64,000 bases of DNA from Amoeboaphelidium protococcarum X5 (taxonomy: Eukaryota; Fungi; Aphelidiomycota): the NCBI GenBank assembly GCA_023515725.1, contig JALDTO010000098.1, forward strand, positions 1,886,164-1,950,163, written 5' to 3'. Shown in pieces: positions 37,953 to 50,560 of the stretch; positions within the stretch are counted from its first letter, which is position 1; every line of letters begins with the position of its first letter. A program made the translations under genes and the position numbers. A model generated the notes under the pieces. That model worked only from the letters and a program-made list of their open reading frames with translations. It did not search any database and was not told where the DNA came from.

Positions 37953-39488
37953 ATGACGAAAAGCAAAAGCTGGACTGAAGCATTGCGATTGGCAGAGGGT
38001 GTTGTGTTGGGACATGCATCTGATATATAATAGGGAAAGAGTTTATGGACTGGCGTGTAATCTGCAGCGACCAAGCTTGCATATCAATAGATTATAAGTA
38101 AACGATCATCAGGGAATCAGAGTTATCTAATATCATCGTTCGTTAAGCGATGTTAAAGTTCTGAATAAGCTGGTAAATTTATGAATGATTTCTTTTATTA
38201 TCCTACTCTGCAGACTATTGATTAAAAGCGATCTGCATCGTCTGTATCTTCTTCAGTACTCAATAAAGTCAGTTCTCCTAGTAGTAGCCCTTAAGTAGGC
38301 CATAATGTCGCTGATCTATCCTTCTTGATGCACAACATCAAATCTCTGATCGAATGCGATCACCCCCTCCTGGACACTATGGCCAAGTACTATTTTGATT
38401 CTGAGGGTAAGCAGGTGCGTCCGCTTTTGGTCATGCTATTTGGACGCGCCTCCATCCCTGATAGTTAGTAGTAGTAGTAAATGAATTTTAATTGGGGGAA
38501 ACATTAAACACTGGCTAGTATTATTGAGTTGATACATACCGCCTCTCTAATACATGATGACGTGCTGGATAAAAGTAATACGCGTCGCCTATTGCCAGCT
38601 CTTCACACTCGCGATGAAGTGACAGCAGTTACGTAGAGAAATGAATAGAATGAAGAAGTTATTAGGTACAAGCTGGAGAATGGTAATAAATTGGCAATTC
38701 TTTGCGGAGATTATCTGCTAAGTCGCGCCTCTGTAGCTCTAGCTGGTCTTGGAAACTTGGCAGTGGTTGAGAGCGTGGCTAATATCATTGGCTCTCTGGT
38801 GGAGGGGGAGGTGTTGCAAATGTACAATGGGAATTGCACGTACGATGGTTTCGACCGCACCAAAGTTGAAATGGTCGCGCTGGGTGATGAATATAGTCCA
38901 AATCAGATTTATCATTCCAGGTTTGGCACAAATTAAAATGTTCCAGTGTAGCTTTAGAATCTATTTGCCGTCTATGTTCAGAAAAGCTATCTCAAAACTG
39001 CTTCACTGATGGCTCAAGCATGTTTGGCCTCTGTTTAATTACACCAACAATGCGATGATTTGGGATTCTCTTTGAATTAGCATAAAGTGCTGGAACAAAG
39101 CGCCATTCAATATGGAAGACATCTTGGACTTGCATTTTAGATCATGGATGACTTGCTTGACTATACTAGATCATCAAGTGAGTTGGGTAAACCTTCAAGA
39201 GCAGATCTTTAGAACGGCATAATTACTGCTCCGCTGCTGTACTCGTGCTTAGATCACCCAGAGCTACTTTAGGATGTGATTGATATTAGTTAAAAATCCT
39301 CAGGCTGGCAATCGAAAATTCCTACAATCATGTAGTGCATCGACTCCTCTTCCGCTTATAAGAGAACGAAAGACTTGGCGTTGTGGCACGTAAATGAAGC
39401 CAAGAATAGCCTCTCTGTATTCCCAAAGAGTGAAGCGGTCGCTGCTCTAAATGCCTTATGTGACAGCGTTTTAAATAGAAATAAATGA
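37953..39488 (+). CDS. COQ1: All-trans polyprenyl diphosphate synthase (coenzyme Q side chain)
   Basis: YYFDSEGKQVRP, ELIHTASLIHDDVLD, GNKLAILCGDYLLSRAS, LVEGEVLQ, KSYLKTASL, LGLAFQIMDDLLDY, LGKP...ADLQNGIITAP. Confidence 0.92.
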
Positions 39489-39694
39489 AATATTGATTGA
39501 ATTTTACTTCTTTATGATGTGTAGCTGTACAACTCTTCATGCATTCACTATGCCTTTGCAATAATGATGTTGAAGATCTTCTGTCGGTGATTTGTCGCGT
39601 CGCCTTTCAATTGGTCTTTGATCGGTTTCTTCTTCTTGTTAAAGCCACACGCACTCTTTACAATACTGATCAAAGCTTACAGATTTGATTAGAA

Positions 39695-42600
39695 ATGAGC
39701 TATTATAAACCGTACTTGCCATCTAGTGGTATTGGAGGTGCGTATAGGATTAATGATATTTCCGGAACGAACGGTAATAGTAGTAGTAGTACTTATGGAG
39801 GAGACGAGTTTGATGGCGAGTCCCAGTTGTCTACCGTTGCACCTACCGGATCATCGGAGTATGAACAGTATTAGGAGCAGATAGAGTCTGGTGAGGCTGG
39901 AGGAAAGTACTATAGATTTAGAGTGTAGAATTTCCCGCAGACGGTACGCGCCATTGATCTGCACGATCACTTTGAACAATTTGGCCATTTGATCAAGGTG
40001 CAAGTTCTTCACGACAATGTCACTAATAGAAGCAAGACGACTGCTTTTCTGACTTTTAAAGGATTTCCTACCAAGATTTTTGATAAAGCTCCTATTGAAA
40101 GTGGTGATGGCGGTAAAGATGATAGTGTCAGTATGTATGTCAAGGCTCGGAGGATTCTTGGTAAGACTATGAAGATTTCCATTGTCTCTCCGGATGATCA
40201 ATCTGGATTGGAAATCGGCGCAGATGCTATTTTTAATGAGGACTTGTTCACCACTTCTTCTATTGCTGGTGCTTACTTATTGAATAGTATCTAGATTGGA
40301 ACTCTTGTTGAACCTAATGCTCTCTTCTCTCCTATTACCATAAGAGATGAGCCTTTCCTCTGCGTTAGACCGAACGAGTCCACTAAGCGTTGGTAGGTAT
40401 TTCTTAAGCTAAAGTCTGGAGCAGCTGAAGCTTCTAATTTATAATAATAGCCGCTAGATTCTCTTGAAAGTGCATAAGATTCTTAGAGAGATAAAGATGA
40501 CTAGATTCCATTGGAATAGGTGGAATATTTTAAGATGGAATTCGGATTCAGTGAAGTGTTGTAGATGTGGTTGGAGACATCGGATCCCGTAGAGTTGGCC
40601 AAGTGTCTATCATTTAATGGGAGAGATGAGAATAGTATCTCGGGCCGTCACGATAACAACTCTCTTAATGAGCCCAATGATGAGTAGGATGTCAAAAGTG
40701 ATACCCAGGCCGATAATGATTATGAACTAAATTGCAAGACGTGGCTGGCTGTTGATTTGAAGAACTGTCCGCGCCTGTACAGAGGAGAACAGGGTGTTGT
40801 GGAAGAGCATGGAATATGGCAGTGGAAGAGGGAAGAGAAGATGGTATGGGTGCGCGTTCTTGGTCTGCCTGGATATCCTGAAGAGGATGGTGGTGCTCAA
40901 TATGATTAGATAGATTTCACCAGTCACCGTATTTACAGATTTGAGTTGAAGAACTCTGCAATTAATTTGTAGAACCTTCTCTCTAAATGGAACTAAATGT
41001 ACAATGGCGATTTGTTGCAGAAGAAATCCAGCAGTATATTGCCGCCTAAGAAATCAGAGTTGATGGATCTTGAGTATCATCAGTAGGAATTTGTGATGCA
41101 GAACGTTGAGAAGCCTATGAAATTGTATTCCACGCTACCTTTTGATCTAGTCACGTTGGATTCACTCATTGGAAAATTGCCTTTTGCCATTCTGTATCGA
41201 CTGCATGGCTTATGCGCGCAAGACATCGTATCCAAGTATATTCTGACGCCGTACTTTGTGGAGACAATTTAGAAACACTTGGCTTAGAATGATGATAAGG
41301 TGGTTGAAGCTGTACTGGAGTTATTTTACTTGCAAAAGAAGAGACTCTTCTTCCCTGCTCAAGATTTTGAGGCTTGTAAGAAGTAGGCGCTGGAATGGTC
41401 TTAGAATAAGCATAAGCTCCTACCTCCTCATTGTATGCAGATTCGGAAAGTTGTCGTGACACCGCGCCGTATTATCGCCTTGCCGCCTTCAGTAGAGCTT
41501 GGCAATCGTGTGCTGCGGCATTACTAGAGATATCAAGATTACTTTCTGCGCGTTGCGTTCACTGAAGAGTCATTGTCCAAGTTTCTGGATGGTCCGCGAA
41601 TGTCTTCAGATTTGACGCAGCGCATCTCGCAGGTGCTGAAAAAGAAATTGAATATCGCTGGCAGAGAGTATGAATTTCTAGCATTTTCAAGCAGTCAACT
41701 TCGCAGTCATTCTTGCTGGTTCTTTTGTGCTTGTGCAGATTTAGATGATCCGTCCAAGATGGTTACCGCTCAGACCATTCGCGATTGGATGGGAGATTTT
41801 AGTAATATAAAGACTGTGGCCAAGTTCGCTGCCAGACTGGGTCAGTGCTTTTCATCAACCACCCCTGTGAATATAGAGTCCCAGAAAGTTATTGAGATTC
41901 CTGACATTGAGAGAAATGGGTATAACTTTTCGGATGGTATTGGAAAGATTTCTCCTGTTATTGCTAAAGCCATCGCCAATGCTATGCAGTTGATTGAAAT
42001 ACCGTCTGCTTTTTAAGTGCGTATGGGAGGATATAAAGGAGTTCTGGCTGTGGATCCAACCATTAGTGATCAAGATGCTTTGGTCTAGTTTAGACCAAGT
42101 TAGAAAAAATTCATCACCTCCCATTAGTCTTCGCTGGACATTATTAGAACATCTCTTTATTCTCCGGCGTATCTTAATCATTAGATTATCACGTTGCTAT
42201 CCTCGATGTAGGTGCGAGATAATGTATTTATGGATCTGCAAAGAGCCATGCAGGAGAAGTTGGAAGCGATTCAGAGTAGCTCCACTGTCGCTCTGGAGAC
42301 TATACGACCTCATGCAAGTGAAAATGAGACTCTTCTTGTGCTGTGTAAAATGCTGCATGCTGGTGTAAAGAGTCAGGAAGATGTTTTTGTGCGCAACCTC
42401 CTTCATCTGTACTAGTGTAGTAAACTGAAGGAAGTGAAGCAGAAGGCGCGTATTATTGTTCCAAATGGTGTTTAGCTGATGGGTGTTTTGGATGAGACCA
42501 ACACTTTGGAGTATGGTCAGTTGTATGTTTAATTCTCTGATCCTAAAGATCTGGATGGCAATAGGCAATATGTGGTCAAAGGAACTGTTCTTATGGCTAA

Positions 42601-44431
42601 AATGCCCTCTGTACATCCTGGTGATATTCGAATTTTAGACTGTATTGATGATCCTAGATTGCAACACTATAAAAACGTTATCGTGTTTCCTCAGAAAGGA
42701 CCAAGGCCTCACCCAAATGAAGCGAGTGGTTCTGATCTGGATGGAGATATCTACTTTGTCACCTGGGACAAGAATTTGATTCCACCATTCTAGAATTTCT
42801 ATCCACAAGACTACGAGAACCAGGTGAATCCTGTGAAGAAGGACAATATATCTATGGATGATATTGCTGATTTTATGGTGGATTACATCACAAATGACAA
42901 TCTGGGTCTGATTGCTGTGGCTCATAAGATACATGCCGATCTGTCCTTCAAAGGTGTTCATTCAGAGAAGTGCATCCAACTCAGTAAACTTCACTCTATG
43001 GCAGTTGACTTTCCAAAGACGGGCGTGCCGGCTCCTTTTAATCCTCTCGATTATACTGTCGAGATATATCCAGATTTCTTGGGTCGCAGAGATCGTCCAT
43101 CTTATCCATCAAAGAAAGCTCTGGGGAAATTGTATCGTGACGCTCATTGGAAAAACTTTTAGCCATCTTATGACGTTCGCTTGAATCCTGTGTTCCTCAT
43201 TAATGATTTTGAAGAATATCTGGTTGAGGCTCTGTGGCTGAAGCAGAAGTGGGATGCCGAGGTACAAGTCCTGATGTCTTAAAATGGTATACGGTCCGAG
43301 TTTGAGTGCATCTCCGGTCTCATTATGGATTACAGCAAGTGGATGAGCAAGAAGGAGTTTGAGTTGAAGAAGAGTCTGGCTGATATTCTGCGCAACCTGG
43401 CTTTGATATTTCGCGCTGCTTTCTGGGAGAAAATTGGATTTAAGGCTGGTAAGAATGCAACTAGATCCTTGGGAGGCTATCATCCTACAGATATGGCTTC
43501 GGCATACAGGAAGGCGGCTGCGTTCTATTACGTCACCTACGCATTCCACTCTTATCGAGAGATGTAAAGTAAATCAGGTGGCAAAGAAGGGCGTTTTAGT
43601 GGCCGCCCTATGTTGTCATTTCCCTGGCTGGTGGCAGGTGATGTTCTGCTTGAGATTTACAAGATGAGGCAAGAGAACAGCTTGTCTGAATATTCTGGCG
43701 TGCCAAGAGTGGATTGGAATCTCATAAAGGTGGAAGCAGCAATGCTTCACACTGATGTTTGGTCTGTGGATCAGTAGAAAGTGCTACAGTAGTAACAGTA
43801 GTCAGTGGCCAATGACAAAGAGGGAGGGAGTGAGCTTTAGAATGAGCCAGAGTAGGCAGATGATTAGAGTGACTAGTTAAAAGATCGTGAAGCTTTGTAT
43901 GAAGAAGTGGCCAAGATATAGAAAGGCAAGTACGATTTGGAAACTAGATTTAATGAATTGAGAAAAGAAATCTAGATTAAGAACTCCATTTCCATACCAG
44001 ATCTGGTTGCTGATGGTACACTGGATCAGCTGTTGCACGAGGCTAAACAAGGCCCTGTTGAGTTGGATCCTAACGTTGTAATGATGGCTTAATAGTCCAA
44101 CGTCAACGATTCATTCTAGGAAGATGGAGATGAATTCGCGGCCGCAGATGATGACATACCACAGCATGAATTAGATGCCATGTTAGAGCGTGAATATCTT
44201 GCGTAAGGTGCAACTAAGGCCACATCCTCCGCTTCTGCCACACTCGTTTAGTAGAAAATCAATGCAACTCAAGAGAAGCCGATTACCGACTCGCCTGGTA
44301 AATAAAAGGCTAATGGACCTCCTCTTACCTCTGATATATCAATTGAAGCTGATGTAGTGGATGACATGGAGAAGTTTGAGTTTTCAGACGATGAAGACGA
44401 TGACATTGAATGGGGAAATCCAGAGAACTGA
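39695..44431 (+). CDS. Cellular RNA-dependent RNA polymerase (RNAi RdRP, DLDGD type; 1578 aa)
   Basis: VELGNRVLRHY, FLAFSSSQLRSHSCWF, AARLGQCFSST, FSDGIGKIS, PSAFQVRMGGYKGVL, PSVHPGDIR, SGSDLDGDIYFVTWD, LHSMAVDFPKTG. Confidence 0.97.
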
Positions 44432-45508
44432 TAAGACAATTATTTTTGCTGAACTTTGGTCATTTATAAAGACAAGAGATTTGCAATAGATGCAAAATTT
44501 TAAATAAATAAATTGTAGAAATATTATTCGCAAGTTTGACTTTATAGTTTTGAGTTGTTACACTTTATATGGCTTGACACTCTATTCCAAACAATCAGGG
44601 GCGCAATCCAATTCGACGCGCGATAACTGCGCCTCCTTATGGGGAACTACTCTTTATTCCATCATCGCAAACCACTCTGAATAAATTATACAAATAAACC
44701 TCCAACCGATACCTTAACCTTAGCCATAGAGTCGTACTACGCGCGCTGATGATGAGTGAAACTGTTTCAACTTTGTACTTGCTACTCCATGTGGCATTGT
44801 TATTGATTGCATTAGGAGTCAGATTGATATGCATATCCTTGCTGATTGTAAACGCAACGTGCAGTGCCAATCTTTTACTATTCATAATAGTTTGTATTTG
44901 GTAAGATTCGATATCAATAGGATCTTTTCTAATATCTTGTTTCTAGTGTAGGATTGCCGTGGCTGTTGATGTACTGCCACGAGTCGTCTTCCCATTATGG
45001 TCCATATTTTTTAATACTACCAAGATAAGAAGCACTAACGCGCAATTTGGCATTACATTACGCCTTACATTCATTGAAGATGTCAATTGCGTGTTAAGGT
45101 ATATCTAACTTTTTTTGTAAAACTTTCTGACATATCTATATCACTTGTAGGCATTACACAAGTCATCACGACCATTAAATGATTACGGATTGTACATTGT
45201 CAGTGTTTAATTGTTTTCGTATCACGTTGATATGGACCATCATCACTCTATCTTACAATGGCTTGCAGGTTAATCTATAGTTTGCAATGTGTGTTCTACT
45301 GTTTGTTCAGACATTTCTAATGCCTCCCCCAAGTGTGAATAATCTCAATCAGTTTGAATAAAGTTGCAGTTTTCGATCTGCTCTACTCGGCACTGAGCCT
45401 TTGACAGTTTAAGAGGATCAACTCATCCAAGATATAAATAATGCACACAGTCTGTAATTTTAAACAGTAATAGTCATAAAATCGTTGAGTACTGAATATA
45501 AAATAGAA

Positions 45509-46816
45509 TCATCGTGATGGAATATTCTAAGCATTTCTTGTAACTCTCCATCTTGTGATCAAACCATCTTCAGTACCAACAAATAGACACACTCCAGTAT
45601 CAACATTATCACATGCATCATTGACAAGCAACGACAACTTATGCCACTCACCTAAAACATGACCATACTGCCGCAGATCAGATGATGAATTCCCATTTCT
45701 GTTACTAGCTTGAGCCAGCAGAGAGCTTTGCAACTAGGCATTAGAAAAGTTGAGCTTGTGGACAAACAGTTTAATGAACGCGTCACCTTCCTCTATGTTA
45801 CTATCTTCAACATTACCAGTATCGGCAGTATGACATACAGATTCATATATTTTAAACTTACCACTTTGAGTCCCGACAAACAGCAGCATCGAATCTAAGG
45901 CCTGCTCTTGTGTGACAGCAATACGTGAGGCATAAGGCACAGATGTTTGGTAACTTGCAACAATTCGAACAGTATTGTCACTATTGATCAGACAATCGTG
46001 CCTCAATAAGTGATAACTAGCGCTTAAGCTGAATACGGAGACTATTAGCGCGCCCTTAATATTATCATCATTAGAAGACTTGTAAGATATCGCCACAACT
46101 TACATGATCGGTTCTTCAAATGACGGTGGTATAATTGCAGCCACTTATCTGTCAAGCACTACACTTAAATGTCCACTTTCATGACCAACTATAACTATGT
46201 CAGACAAATCGCTTGACGAAATATACGCAGTGCATGTAATCAGCCCCAGCTTTTACTAATCAGTAGTAGAATTACCACTTTCATTATCAGCGAATATAAT
46301 CGCTTTTATAAATACTAACTCTAAATCCTAAAGATTCAACTTGGAAACTACCAGGCCTTAATCAATGGAACCTTCAACATCTGCTGCGTAGATGGTTGTA
46401 ATCTCGTTATAATTAGAGCTCCCACAGAAGATCATTGGACAAAAACCAGCACATTACTTTATCACCTTGGACGAAGTACTTGATAGATCAAATACCTTGA
46501 TGCACTTTCCCATTCTATAAACACTTAATAACCCAGATTTGGTGTGTACAAGAGTAGTAGTCAAATCATTAGAGGGGATACTAACATCATTATTAGACGC
46601 GTCAGATTAAACATGGTTACGAATACAGTGCACCGAAGATATACTTCTCCCATCGCCGCAGATCCAACTCTCCAACTATTATCCACTCTTGATATCCCAT
46701 ACAATTATACATCCAGATGAATCGCAACTCACTAGCAATTAATTATCAACAATAATCTTAATCACCTACACGCTACTCCGGTGTCCAAAGTATATAAAGT
46801 CTTCCCGTATCACCAT
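45509..46816 (-). CDS. WD40 protein, Asa1/GNB1L-like
   Basis: GHRSSVQVI...LLVSCDSSGCIIVWDIK, AGFCP, KLGLITC, VIVGHESGHL, FEEPIM, LFVGTEDGLITRW, collinear with GNB1L motifs (GFC, KLGMPMC, AGYEDG, HEEPVM). Confidence 0.7.
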
Positions 46817-46924
46817 TTTTATGAATAATACAGAGCGGATGAACAAAGAGATTGGTTATAAAAAGATATAAAGAGACTGCTCGGATTTTCAAGGCTATTC
46901 TAATCCAACTGTTAACTAGTGGTA

Positions 46925-49102
46925 ATGACAACGCCGACAAAAGACTCGCTGCTTTAGCTATTGCGACATAAGAAGCTGGAAATAACTGTCAAGGAATTAG
47001 AAGAGGGGATCATTACATTTGATGAGATTCTGTCACTGACTGAAAAGCAGTGTACGGATCTCTATGGGCTACAGGGAATATTTATCTACAATCATCTACA
47101 TCCTTCCTTATAAGCGGCGGCGCTTACAACATCCGTCAAATTAATGAATGAAGGAGAACTGGCTTCATCTTATAATCACTATATGAAAATTGGCGAAGCT
47201 TTAATCAAAGATCCAATGGTTGTTCGCGTGAGAGACGAATTGCTGTCTTTGATAGCTGCTGAAAGTCGCTCATCATCTACACCACATCCATTTCTATTTG
47301 TGTTGGATTCATCTGGTACGGGAAAGACGTAGTTGGCTTTTGCGTTGAAGAGTGCTCTATCCCGGTGCAAGATCACGACTATGTATCTTGTATGCTCCCC
47401 TGTAGGAGATAGTTCTCAGCCGATATATCGTGTATACGCCGACATATCACACGCTTTTCAAGAGTGTGTACGCCGCGATCTTTTGGGCATAAGGACTGTT
47501 GACGAATTGTCTTGCACTAGTCTTGCCAGAAAGTCGTTGTACATATTCGGTCTCATTGCTCAGTTGTTGATAGATAATGATAAAGAGCCGCCTACTGTTG
47601 TCAACTATGAACAGAAAACAGCTTAGCAAGTTTGGTCAAAACTTGATAACTGCCTTAATTATCCTGTTGTTATTCTGGACGAATTTTCGACCAGGGAAGG
47701 TGATAATGATAATACTCTCCGCTTGTTACGAAATTCGATTCGCGCATTGAAATTTGGGTTGGTACTTTTGGGAACTAATTCGACGGCAGTTAATCTTATT
47801 GATAAGTCAATCGAGTGGCAGAGTCGGGATATGGATAGCTTTCACTGGTGTTCGCTTTATTATTCTCTTCCTAAAGTCAGAATTAGCGCTCTTGAATTAC
47901 CATTAAAGTGTGATGATTGGATACGAGGATTGCTTTGCTCTAGTAGACCATTATTTGCTGTCATAGCGAGAGATTGTTTGCGAAATTATAAGGATGGCTC
48001 CGGTAATGGAATGAGTTAGGAGGATATCGATGGTTGGTTCCGAGATATTGCTCTTCGTATCATCTCTCAGAAGAAGATATTTGACAACCCATTCGGACGG
48101 CATGGGCAAGTATGTTTATTTCTCAATATGAATTACGATTATACTAATAATGTCATTACTCACAACTATCCGCTAATTCATCGACACTTTGCGCATTTGG
48201 AAGAAAGAGTAGTAGGGTGGGGTGATAAGTTTTGCATCCGTCTGTTGAAGGACATGACACTGGATAGCGATGAACGCACCAAGTGGAATCCGAGAATTAC
48301 ATTCCCAACGCCGGAAGATGACGTACTATTGTTTCTATGCTTAATGGGAACTCTAAAGAGTAATCCATTTCGTGATGGGAGTGGACAAGATATATCTTTA
48401 CGCTAAGCAGTTCAAGAAATTGAGAGATCTCGGAGATCAAATGAGCTGAAACTGATGTACGATAACGCAATTCAGATATCCAACGATGGAATGTTTTTGG
48501 AAGCTATATTAGCGAGTTCCTTGTGCGTTGCTTCACACAGTAATGGAATTGGTGGTATTTGTCTGCGTGATTTTATATGCTCTGTGTATGCTCACATCTA
48601 GAATCAGGAACTGTTATACATTTACTCGCTGAAAATGCCAGAAGATGCATCTGCTCTCGTTGATCTATTGGAGAATTTCATCATTCCAAATCTAGCTCCT
48701 CCTAATTAAAAATGGCCATAGTGCGTGCAAGCTATCCCCAATAGTAGATTCGGTCATTTGTATAGAACTAAGAATTAGACGCGACTAGATTTGGATACTG
48801 ATTTCCAACTTACTGGTGAATCAAAAGACTATAATGGTCCTATTGACATCTCAACCATGAGAAGTATGATTGAAAGAGTCCCGACAAGTTCAAAGGTTCA
48901 TTTTATATTCGTTCGCAGGCTGCAATCTAAATACTTTACTAGAAGCTCGTTCAGTACTGAATTTCCCAGTAAAAACATTTGCTTCTGTGTGGTGAAGGCG
49001 TGTAAATCAGACTTACTGTTGGCTAAAATCGATGGTCTACCCGACATTCACTCATTTAATAGTAATTCGACATTGGTGATATTTTATCCGATCAATAAAT
49101 GA
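46925..49102 (+). CDS. Crinkler (CR)-type P-loop NTPase plus restriction-endonuclease-fold protein with short helical header (725 aa)
   Basis: Walker A FVLDSSGTGKTQ, Walker B VVILDEF, LVLLGTNS; NDGMFLEAIL; C-terminal RLD...LTGESKDY, PD-(D/E)xK-like. Confidence 0.65.
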
Positions 49103-49520
49103 ATTGTTGCATCTTACCTTTTCGCGGCTGTTTAGTCATATATTGTAGCTGCGTCTACGATGTATAATGTTGACTTTAAGCAATTTAAGTTTAGGCCGCT
49201 GAACTTGGCGATATGCACCTTTACACCTATCACCGTAACTGTATCAATGACATAGACATGTTGAACCTTTTGGCAATTAACAAGTTACAGATCGCATAAT
49301 TATGCACGTTTCATATGTTGTATGTTGATAATCTATTCACCAAAGGACTGACTTGTAGCTCTCTTCCCATTGAAGATCCCGTTTGGCTCAATCAGCGTCG
49401 AATTCTTCTTAGCGCGGTTCTTTCCATTCCATTGCAGCGTCTCTATATAAAACACAGCTGTACTTGTCGAGTTATTTCTCATTGTTAAAAGTTTCAGTAT
49501 CCATTTTAGAAAAATAATAG

Positions 49521-50462
49521 ATGGACTCTGTGTGGTAGAGGTTGAATGCTGTGTTTAGTCATGGACTCACTGTGGCCATGGTTCTCGTTGCCGCAGTCTC
49601 CCTCTTGAATCCGCTCTTCATTCGGTACTCAGTGTCTCATTAGCAGTAGTAATAATAGTAGTAAGGATTCGATATACAAGTCAGATCGGTGTCGCTGATG
49701 CATGGTAAACATGATGTTGGATACTTCAATGCCAAGAGTAAAGAGTATCTATTTCTGGATGTGGAGTTGAATGCCGACCTGAGCGCATACTTGCCATCGT
49801 TCGCAGATAGGAACAAGGGTTATGCTGAGAAGGGAGGACTGGACTTCCTGCAATCTATGACTTGGAATGCCAAGTAGTTGACCATATCGCTGGTGTTGTC
49901 TTACTCCACTAAAGTTTTGCCTGTAAATGAGATGGTTGTGTGGTACAAGGTGATCAATGTTAATGAGATGGGCTATGGCAGGGAGATGGATTACATTGGC
50001 GATCTGTTCAACTCCTTGTCCATTCCGGCACTGAAGACTACCAAGTATCGAAAGTAGAATTGGACTGATCAGGCGGTATTCAATGGTGAGAAGTTGAGCA
50101 ATGTTCGCTATTCTCATTGGGCTCTGCCAGTTTGTCATTTGCCACTGAGTGATCTGCTGACACCATATGCTCCGTCTGGTGCGAATAAAAAGGATCCAAG
50201 ATATATCGCGTTAACTTCCTAGTAAAAGGCGGCAGTCAAGGCTGATTATGAAGAGTTGAAGGGATTGAAGAATGTCAGTTTGGAGTTGAGATGGGAACTG
50301 GGGCCATAGATTGGATTCATGCAAGAGTTTACCGCTTCTTCATAATCATTATCTTAATCTCAGCTATAGTAGCAGTAGTAGTAGTAATAGGATCAAGGTG
50401 CAAGTAAAGGCATTGTATTTATCGATGTGCCTACTGAATACTCCACCGCAAGAACTGCATGA
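49521..50462 (+). CDS. SPC3: Signal peptidase complex subunit Spc3/SPC22-23, with insertions
   Basis: MDSVWQRLNAVFS, LNADLS, WNAKQL, NEMVVWYKVI, LRWELGPQIGFM, PTEY. Confidence 0.8.
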
Positions 50463-50560
50463 ATATTGAAATGGCGTTTTGCTAATAAATATCAAATTAC
50501 AGATTGTATTTACTCTTTTTTATAATCAATTCACTAATCAAGTTAGGGAATGAATTGTTT

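Noticed and set aside
39695-44431. RdRP as an endogenous viral element
   Set aside because: It has the cellular double-psi-barrel DLDGD signature and RNAi-RdRP motifs, not the viral GDD palm type.
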